This document shows positions 54,780 through 64,000 of a stretch of DNA of 64,000 bases, one piece after another. The translations under genes were made by a program, and so were the position numbers. The first letter of the stretch is position 1. Every line of letters begins with the position of its first letter. Below the pieces are notes generated by a model, which saw only the letters and a list, made by a program, of their open reading frames with translations, had not been told where the DNA came from and searched no databases. The DNA is from the human T2T-CHM13v2.0 reference genome, Homo sapiens. The stretch lies in NCBI RefSeq assembly GCF_009914755.1, contig NC_060930.1; one strand, 5' to 3'.

Positions 54780-55150
54780 CACATATGTCATGCATATATG
54801 TATATATGTGCATAAAAGACGAGGTTCATATGTGTTTGCAGGCATATGAAAGGCACATATTATGTGCATGTGTTTGTGTGACTATGAAAGGCACATGTGG
54901 TATGCATATGTGTTTGTGTGTATATGAAAAACACACATAATGTATGCATACACTTGTATCATAAGAGATATATCTGCATACATATATGTGTGTACGCATG
55001 CGGAAGACAATGTATATATTTTTATATAGGACACGTATGATGTGCATATATATGTTTGCATGCTCATGAAGACAAATGATTTACTCATACATTTGTGTGG
55101 CATATGGAGCACACATATAATGTGCAGGTATGTTTATATGCATATATCAT
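54780..55150. repeat. Degenerate (TATG/CATA)n tract
   Basis: Direct reading. Confidence 0.8.
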
Positions 55151-56904
55151 TTCTGGGTGATTGGAATTGTAGCTGTTTGATATGGTTCATTTGCTTGTCT
55201 ATATTTTCTGATGTTACTGTAATGTGCATGTAATTTCTTTTGCACCAAGAAGTAAACATATACAAAACTTCATTTGCAGAAGCACCCCAAATTTAATGGG
55301 CTCAATACCTTCCATGGTTGGGGACATGAATTTGGTTTTAAAAGAGAATTAGGCAAGCCATTACTGTGCAATGGCTAAAACATTGAAGAGCAGGGACATA
55401 GGAATTTTTTTTTAATTGAATCTTCTTCTGAAAAAAAAAATTGATTTATTGTGAATAAATGGACGTATTTGTTTAGGGGATGTTGGATTTAAAAGTTTAG
55501 GAGAACTTTAAGTATGGCATTAGAAAGAGGGTTTTTGGCTACCCAAACACTTCATCCATTTTCACAGAGGCCTTTTATAAGGGTCTGAGATGACAAGGAA
55601 GTTCCCATCCTCAAGGTGGGGAGAGGGCACTCATAGATGGAATGTTATTGTCTGCATGATGTCGAGTTTCTGTTTTAATTCAGCTGTTCAGCATTCCACG
55701 TGTCTGGTTAATTTTAGCTCTTATCTTTGCCAGGATTTTATGTCTGTCTCTCGAAGAAAGTTGCCTAAATTTAATAAAACTTGCTTTATTGCCAAATGAT
55801 ACCCATGTGCGTCTTAAAGTCAGTTGAGGTGAATCTTAAAACAATTGGCTGGCTGATCCCAGCGTTCAAAGGCATCTACCTTTTATCATTTTTAATAGAG
55901 TTCAATGCCACTTACATGCAGGGGCTATAAATATGAATAATTTCACTGAGCGAGATTTACAGTTTCCAGGAAAGATGACTAAACATAATTAGGAAAAAAA
56001 AGAGAAGGAGAACGCCTGATGGAGAGCAGTGGTAAGACTGCCTGTTCCCTTTTCATTTTCTTGTGCTCTTTGATAAGGATGTCCTGGTGGACACATTTCT
56101 CCTATTGTGGCTATACGCCAGTGTCCCATGGCCTGTGAGATGCTATAATGGCTCCGAGGCTCAGGAGCTTCCTGAATGCAACCATGCCCAAAACAGCATC
56201 TGTGATGTAGAATTTACAGGTCTTAGACAGAGAAATAGTTACACAGTAAAATTGAATCTCTGGAATAGCAAGGTGTTTAATAGCAAGATTGTACTGCATT
56301 TTCTTACATTTTCTGGTTGCCAGACAAATGGGAGAATCCCAAAAATAGGGCACCCTAACATCACCTACACCTTGAAGCTGAGCATTGGAGAGATTTGCTT
56401 TCTCGATAAAAGGAACATATCCCCAAATGTAACAATGACCTCTTACAGCAACCACTTTCCCAGAAATTGTCCTTACCTCCAGGAGCCAGGAATGGAGAAA
56501 GAAAAGCTCCTGGGGGCAGAGCATCAGTGGCAGATCAATCACTTATCTTGTCTTCTTCTGAGGCAGAGGCTACCCTGGAGCAGCTACACAGCGTAATTGA
56601 ACCTCTGGTTCAACTGAACTGACAACTGTATAGGACTTGAGCTTTCTATTGAGCTGAGCATTGCCTGGGAAGGAAGGTAAGGTAAAGAGCATGGGATGGA
56701 GCCAGCTACAGTTTCCAGGGCCCAACTAGGGAGAGCTTTCAATCCCCATGGAGACTTGAGGGAGAAAAGACAGAAGTCAAGCCAAGTCAACATAAACCAT
56801 GAACTTAGTACACAAAGGCTAGTGGGATGGGATATTAATGGTTTCTATGACAAATAAAGGCGGTCCTTTACAGCTCTTGGTAACTATACAAAAAGCTACA
56901 ATTT

Positions 56905-57110
56905 CTTGAGTGTTTGACCCTGTGTGAGGCACTGTGCTAAACACACTAAACATATCACCCTATGGGAAAGTCGTTATTATCCTCATTTTGAGATGAGTAC
57001 ACTGGGGCTCAGAGAAGCCACCTAAGTTGCTCTGGGTCACCCAATTGGCAAATGGTAAAGCCGGGATTCACCTCTGTCTGTCTGACTTAAAAGTTCATGT
57101 TTGTAAACAT
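56905..57110 (-). mobile_element. MIR SINE
   Basis: aggcactgtgctaa...cctcattttgagatgagtacactggggctcagagaag. Confidence 0.72.
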
Positions 57111-57979
57111 GCTGTTGTAAGAAGACTTGAACATTTTATTATTGATACATAATATTTGTACATATTTTATAGGCACATGATATTTTGATACGTAGAATGG
57201 ATAAGGATCAATTTGGGGTATTTAGGGTATCCATCACCTCAAGTATTTATAATTTCTATATATTGGGAATATTTCAATTCCTCTTTTCTAGCTATTTTGG
57301 AATAGACAAAACATTGTTGTTAACTATAGTCACCCTACTCTGCCATTGATTGTTAGATCTTATTCCTTCGATCTAACTGTATGTTTGTACCCATTAACCA
57401 ACGTCTCTCCATTCCCCTTTCATTCCTACCAATACGATGCTTTTTTGGTTACTTTAGCCTTACAATATATTTTAAAAGTTGAGAGTGTGATGTTTCCAGC
57501 TTTGTTCTTTTTGCTCAGGATTTTGCTTTGGCTATTTAAACTGTCTTTGGTTCCATGCAAATTTTAGGATTTTTTTTTCTATTTCTATAAAAAATGACAT
57601 TGGTATTTTGATGGGGATTGAATTAAATCTGCAGATTGCTTTGGGTAGTATGGTAATTTTAACAATATTAATTCTTTCAATCCATGAACATGGGATGTTT
57701 TCCATTTGTTAGTTTCTTCTTCAATTTTTTTCTTCAGTGTTTTGTAGTTTTCCTTACAGAGGTCTTTCACCTCCTTTGTTGAATTTATTCTTAGGTATTT
57801 GTGTGTGTGTGTGTGACGATTGCAAATGGGATTGCTTTCTTGATTTCTTTCTCAGATTGTTCATTATTGGTATATAGAAATGCTACTGATTTTTGTATGT
57901 TGATTTTGTATCCTGCACCTTCTCTGAATTTATTTATCAGATCTAAGGGTTTTTTGTTTGTTTGTTTTTTTCCTTTTTT

Positions 57980-58422
57980 GGGCAGAGCCTTTAGGTTTTT
58001 CTAGATATAAAATCATGTCTTCCGCAAAGAGGAAAAATTTGACTTCCTCTTTTCCAGTTCGGACACCTTTTATTTCTTTCTCTTGCCTGATTGCTTTGCC
58101 TAGAACTTCCAGTACTATGTTGAACAAGAGTGGTGAAAGTGGGCATTTTTGTCTTGTTCCGGTTCTTAGAGGAAAGGCTTTCAGATTTTCCCCACTCAGT
58201 ATGATGTTAGCTATGAGTTTGTCACATATACCCTTTATTATTTTGAGGTATGTTCCTTCAATGCCTAGTTTGTTGGGAGTTTTGATCATGAAGGGATGTT
58301 GAATTTTATCAAATGCTTTTTCTGCAACTGTTGAAATGATCATATGGTTTTTGTCCTTTATTCTGTTGATATGATGTATTACATTTATTGATTTACATAT
58401 GTTAAACCATCTTTGCATCCCT
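57980..58422 (-). pseudogene. L1 ORF2p reverse transcriptase remnant (non-functional)
   Basis: [20 protein letters not shown]...[12 protein letters not shown]...[20 protein letters not shown]...LFAEDMILY; the catalytic FADD is mutated to FAED and the flanks are frameshifted. Confidence 0.93.
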
Positions 58423-59297
58423 GAGATAAACCATCTTTGCATCCCTTGGTATTTTAATAGGGATTGCATTAAATCTGTAGATTGCTTTGGGTAGTATGGT
58501 CACTTGATCATGGTGTATTATCTTTTTGATGTGCTGTTGGATTTGGTTTGCTAGTATTTTTTTGGAGGATTTTTGTATCTATGTTCATCAAGGATATTGG
58601 CCTGTAGTTTTTGTTTTTGGTTGCATTCTTGTCTGGTTTTGGTATCAGTAATGCTGGCCTTTTAGAATGAGTTAAGGAGAATTCCCTCCTCTTTAACTTT
58701 TTGAGATGTTTGAGAATTGGTTTTATTTGTTCTTTGTAAGTTTGCTAGAATTTGGCAGTGAACCATCTGGTCATGGACTTTTCTTTGTTAGGAGACCTTT
58801 TATTACTGATTCAATCTCATTTCTCATTATTGATCTATTCGGGTTCTCTATTTTTTCCTGATTCAATCTTGGTGGGTTGTATGTATCTAGGAATTTATTC
58901 ACTTCTTCTAGGTTTTCTAGTTTATTAGCATACAGTTATAATAGTCGCTGATGATCTTTTGTATTTCTGTGTTATCAGTTGTAATTTTTTCTTTTTTTGT
59001 TTCTGATTTTGTTTATTTGGGTCTTTTTTTTTTGTTAGTCTAGCTAGTATAACTTTTTGTTTCATTGATCCTTTATATTTTTAAAGTCTATTTTGTTTAG
59101 TTCTGCTCTGAACTTTATTATTTCTTTCCTTCTACTAATTGTGGGTATGATTTGTTCTTGCTTTTCTAATTCATTGCGGGGCACTATTAGATTGTTTATT
59201 TGAAATCTTTTTACTTTTTTGATGTAGGTGTTTATTGTTATAAAATTCCCTCATAGCACTGCTTTTTCTGTAATCCATAGGTTTTGGTATGTTGTGT

Positions 59298-59616
<319 letters not shown>

Positions 59617-62600
59617 CTTGGTATGTTGTATTTTGACTCTCATTTGTTTCAAAAAATTTTTCAACTTCCTCCTTAATTTCTTCTTTGACCCAATGGTCAT
59701 TCAGAAGAATGCTGTTTAATTTCCTGTATTTGCAGTTTCCAAAGCTTCTCTTTTTATTGATTTCTAGTTTTATTCCATTGTGATCCAAAAAGATATTTGA
59801 TATAATTTTGATTCCATGTGCTGATGAGAGGAATGTGTATTCTGTAGCTGTTGAATGAAATGTTCTGTAAATGTCTGTTAGGTCAATTTTGCCTAAGATA
59901 TTCTAAATTCAATGTTTCTTTGTGAATTTTCTGTCTAGATGATCTGTCTAATGCTGAGAATGGGGTATTGAAGTCCCTAACTATTATTGTATTAGAGTCC
60001 ATCTCTCCCGTTAGATCTAATAATATTTGCTTTATATATCTGGGTGCTCCAATTATGGATGCATATATATTTAGATATGTTATATCCTTTTGCTGAATTG
60101 ATCTATTTATCATTATATAATGAACCTTTTGGGTCACTTTTTATTGTTTTTGACTTAAAGTCTGTTTTATCTGATATAAGTATAGTTACTCCTGCTTGCT
60201 TTTGGCTTTCATTTGCATAGAGTAACTTTTTCCATCTTTTTACTTTCCGTCTATATGTGTCTTTATAGGTGAGGTCAGTTTCTTTTAGAAAGCATATAAT
60301 TGGGTCATTTTAAAAAACCCATTCAGCCAGTCTATATCTTTTAAGTGGAAACCTTAGGCTGTTTACATTCAAGGTTACTGTTGATATGTGAGGACTTATA
60401 CCTGTTAATTAATTGATCATTTCCTGGTTGTTTGTATATCCTTTGTTCCTTTATTTCTGCCTTATTATTTATCATTGTGATTTGATGGTTTTCTCTCGTG
60501 GTAACATTAGGGTCCTTCTTTTCCTTAGTTCTGTGTTCATTCTACCCAATGGGTTTTATTTATACTTTTATGTCTTTTCATGATGGTAGATATTATCTTT
60601 TCATTTCCAGGTATAGGACGACCTTAAGCATTTCTTATAGACCCAGTCTAATGATGATGAATTTTCTCAGCTTTTGCTTGTCTGGGGAGGACTTTATTTT
60701 TCCTTCATTTATGAAGGATAACTTTACTGGGTATAGTATCCTTGGCTGGCAGTTTTTTTCTTTCAGCACTTTAAATGTATCGGCCCATTCTCTCTTGGTC
60801 TGTAAGGTTTCTGAGGAGAAATCCGCTGTTAGTCTGATGAAGTTTTCTTATAAGTGACATTTTTCTCTTGTGGGTTTTAGAATTCTGTCTTTGACTTTTG
60901 ACAGTTTGACTATAATGAAGAAGATCTTTTTGAATTAAATCTCTTTGGAAATCTCTGAGCTTCCTGCCTCTGTGTGTCTAGATCTTTTGCTAGACTTGGG
61001 AAGTTTTAACCTATTGTTTCATTAAATAGGTTTTCTATCCCTTCAGTTTTCTCTTTGCCTTCTGGAATATCAAAACTTAAAATATTTGGTTGCTTTATGG
61101 TGTCCCATATATCTTGGAGGCTTTGTTCATTCTCTTTTATTTTTTTCTTTATTTTTGTCTGACTGGGTTATTTCAAAAACCTGACTTCAAATTCTGAGAT
61201 TCTTTCTTCTGCTTGATCTAGTTCCTTGTTCAAGCTCTTGAATGTATTTTTTATTTCATTCAATGAATTATTAGGTTCCAAGATTTCTGTTTAGTTCTTT
61301 TTAATTATATCTATTTCTTTTTAGGGAAATTCTTATTCATATCCTGAATTGTTTCTCTGATTTCTTTGTATTGTTTAATCTGTATTCTTTTGCATCTCAC
61401 TGAGTTTCTTTAATATCACTATTTTGAATTTTTTCTCTGGCATTTCATTTTTTTTCCATTGGCATCTGTTGTTGAAGAATTATTGTGTTCCTCTGGAGGT
61501 GTCATATTTCCTTGCTTTTAATGTTTCTTGTGTCCTTATGTTGATTATCTGTGCATCTGGTGTAACAGTTGCTTCTTCTGATTTTTTGGATTTACTTTCA
61601 CAGGGAAGGACATTTTTTCTGAAGATATAGCTATGGTGTTGATTGGGTAGGGCACTCTGGCCTTGATTCTAGATGCATGCAGTAGTGTAGTCTCTGTATG
61701 AGTTCTTCAGTTGTAAACAGTGTCAGTGGTGTCTGTGATTTCCTTAGTGGCTTAGAGTGTGGCTGTTAATGGAGGCTGTGGGGAAGTTTTGCTGGGGACA
61801 GGGGCAACAGGTGGGCCAGTCCTCAGGCTCTAGTGGTGGCAGCAGTGGGCCAAGAGCATGCCTGTTCTTGGGCCCCAGAGCAGTTTATGCTGGTCCTGGG
61901 GTTAGTGATTCCAGGCAGGCTGATTCTTGGGCCTCCAGGAGGCTTGCTCAGGTGCTGGAAGGGGCAGTGGTAGTCCAGTTGGGGAGGGGCTCAGGTTCCT
62001 AGGCAGCAGGCATGGCAGGGGCAATGACGGCAGCAGCAGCCAGATCATCCTCTAGCTTCCATCCTATCCATGCTGGTGTTGGTGGTGGCTGCAATGGCCT
62101 GGGTGGGCTAGTCCCCAGGTGACATGTGTGTGTGGGTGTGACAGCTGTGGGGGTAGTGGCAGGTTGGGTGAGCCCATCCTCAGGCCCTTAGGAGGAGTTT
62201 CAGGTGCCAATGATGGTGGATGGAGCAGAGCAATTCATATGCCCCCACACAGCACACTTGGGCCCTGGGAGGTGAGAGTTGGGCTGGGTGGACCTGTCCT
62301 CAGGATCCCTGGTGGTGCATGCGTATGCTGGCTGTGGTGAGTAGGGGTGGGCTGATCCCTGGGCCCTGGAAAAATGCTCAGGTACAGGGGCAGCAGCAGC
62401 CACACTGCAGCTCTGCTGCTGGGGAGAGTGGGGTTGCTTTCAATAGTAGCAGTCGTAGGCAGATGGCTGGGAAGTGTGCACTTCGGTTCCAGGTGGCGGC
62501 TGTGGGTGGCAGAGCCTGACCTTAGGGTGCTTGTAAGTGCACAGTGGCCCCTTTGCTGGGGATGGTGGAGTCACTCCCAGCGGCTCATGCTTTAGTTCTG

Positions 62601-63319
62601 GTGGCAGCAAACAGCAGCAGCAGCAGCTGCGGATGGGGGATGTCACTGGGACTCCAGGGATGCGGAGATGCAGGGGTGGTTGGGACCCAGAACAGGATGT
62701 GGTCTGTTGGGGGCTGGGCTCTCAAAATGGCACTGTGCTGTAGCTGCTTAGGTCTGGGGGTGATGTAAGCCCCCTCTCTGGAGCAATGCTGTCATGCCAT
62801 CTCAAGACAGCTCCCTGTTTTAGTCTCAGGGCTCATGAGAGTCAAGAATCTCTCCCATGGCTGGAATTGCAGATGTCCATGGTGGGAATGTGGACTGCTG
62901 AGGGTCACCCACTTACCCTTTCTGTGCACTAGGAGGCCTCTCTGGGCTCCCAGCCAAGTAGGCTGCCTTGCCTCCCTCTCCTTCCTTGCCTTAGGTGTTT
63001 CCTGTCACTTCTCTATGGAATTCCAGCATTCTCTCTCAGATGATCTATCCAAAGTGTGATTATCAACTTACTATTTTGGTTTTTCTTGGTGGAGGAGGTG
63101 AGTACCAGATGCCTCTGGTCAACCATCTTGAAGCATTTGACTCAAGCACTTTTGAAGTCAAGTGAAATCTGTTCAATTGAAAAGAATCTCTATAAGCACA
63201 GACACCCTCTGGGCCCCGTGAGAAACATGCTGCTTCACAGACTGAGCTTTGGCACTTTATGCCAGGTATGCAGCTCAGCTTTCATTCTTCTCTGTTTCTC
63301 TTGAAGTTTGTAAAGAAGT

Positions 63320-63782
63320 TGCAATAGTTAATTTTATGTGTCAACTTGGCTATGGTGTCCAGCTGTTTGGGCAGATGTCAGTCTAGATGTTGCTGAGAAA
63401 GTATTTTTTAGATGAGATAAACATTTGGATCAGTAGATTTTGAGTAAAGCAGATTACCCTACATTATGTGGGTGAGCCTCATCCAATCAGCTGGAGTTCC
63501 TATTAAAGCAAAGACTGAGGTTTCCCAAAGAAGGTATTTGAACTAAAAGACTGCAGCGTAGAAACTCTTCCTGGGTTTCCAGCCTGCCTGGCCCGCCCCT
63601 CAGAATTCAGACTTAAGACTGCAGCATTAATTCTTCCCTTCATTTCCAGCCTGTTGGCTTGCCCTGTGAATATTGGACTTAACAGCCCCCACAAATGTGT
63701 GAGCCAACATCTGAAAGTAAATCTGTGCTTACACATAAATCTCCTATTGCTTCTGTTTCTCTGGAGAGCCTTGACTAATACA
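63320..63782 (+). mobile_element. MLT2 (C/D-like) solo LTR
   Basis: gttaattttatgtgtcaacttg...gagtaaagcagattaccct...ttctgtttctctggagagccttgactaataca. Confidence 0.88.
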
Positions 63783-64000
63783 GTAGCAAAGAAGACACAA
63801 GGGGACTCTCTTTAAAAGGTCTTTCTTTAACAATGAGGAAAAGCACATAGGGAAAGAGTTGGGTATATTTAACCATTTGCTGTTGGTGTCAATATGCAAA
63901 ATCTCATGTACAGTCAAGGCTCCCTCTGCCCATTCTCATCATTGCTCTGTTCCAATGTGCTTACAAGACACACTCCACCTTCCAGCAACCACATCTCCCA

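Noticed and set aside
61640-63140. GC-rich region with many short ORFs, resembling a gene or CpG island
   Set aside because: It is the CpG-depleted 5' region of the antisense L1MA element

Overview
This is primate genomic DNA, most likely human or another catarrhine (it carries AluY/AluS/AluJ, a HERV-H LTR7B solo LTR and MST elements), from a non-coding interval that is either intergenic or deep intronic. I cannot name the locus. I found no protein-coding gene, rRNA, tRNA, CRISPR array or other prokaryotic-type system. Almost all ORFs in the track are Alu, L1 or microsatellite read-throughs or chance ORFs; the only recognisable protein remnants are dead L1 ORF2p (endonuclease and reverse transcriptase) fragments. 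Roughly half of the window is interspersed repeat: nested L1M/L1MA elements, at least 13 Alus, about 12 ERVL/MaLR/ERV1 LTRs, MIR, L2 and DNA transposon relics, plus many microsatellites. Repeat subfamily names come from my recollection of consensus sequences and need RepeatMasker/Dfam confirmation. The most notable sequence-level observations are: (1) a ~460 bp inverted duplication (15011-15467 vs 19945-20422) that replaced the RT region of an L1; (2) several smaller templated-insertion scars; (3) a microsatellite born inside one copy of a short tandem duplication; (4) a near-zero-spacer inverted Alu hairpin; (5) an Alu-tail (GAA)n tract; (6) a poly(A)-only retro-insertion; (7) several repeat-free, motif-dense blocks resembling developmental enhancers; and (8) weak splice-site evidence for a + strand lncRNA. 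I do not see evidence for a novel biological system.
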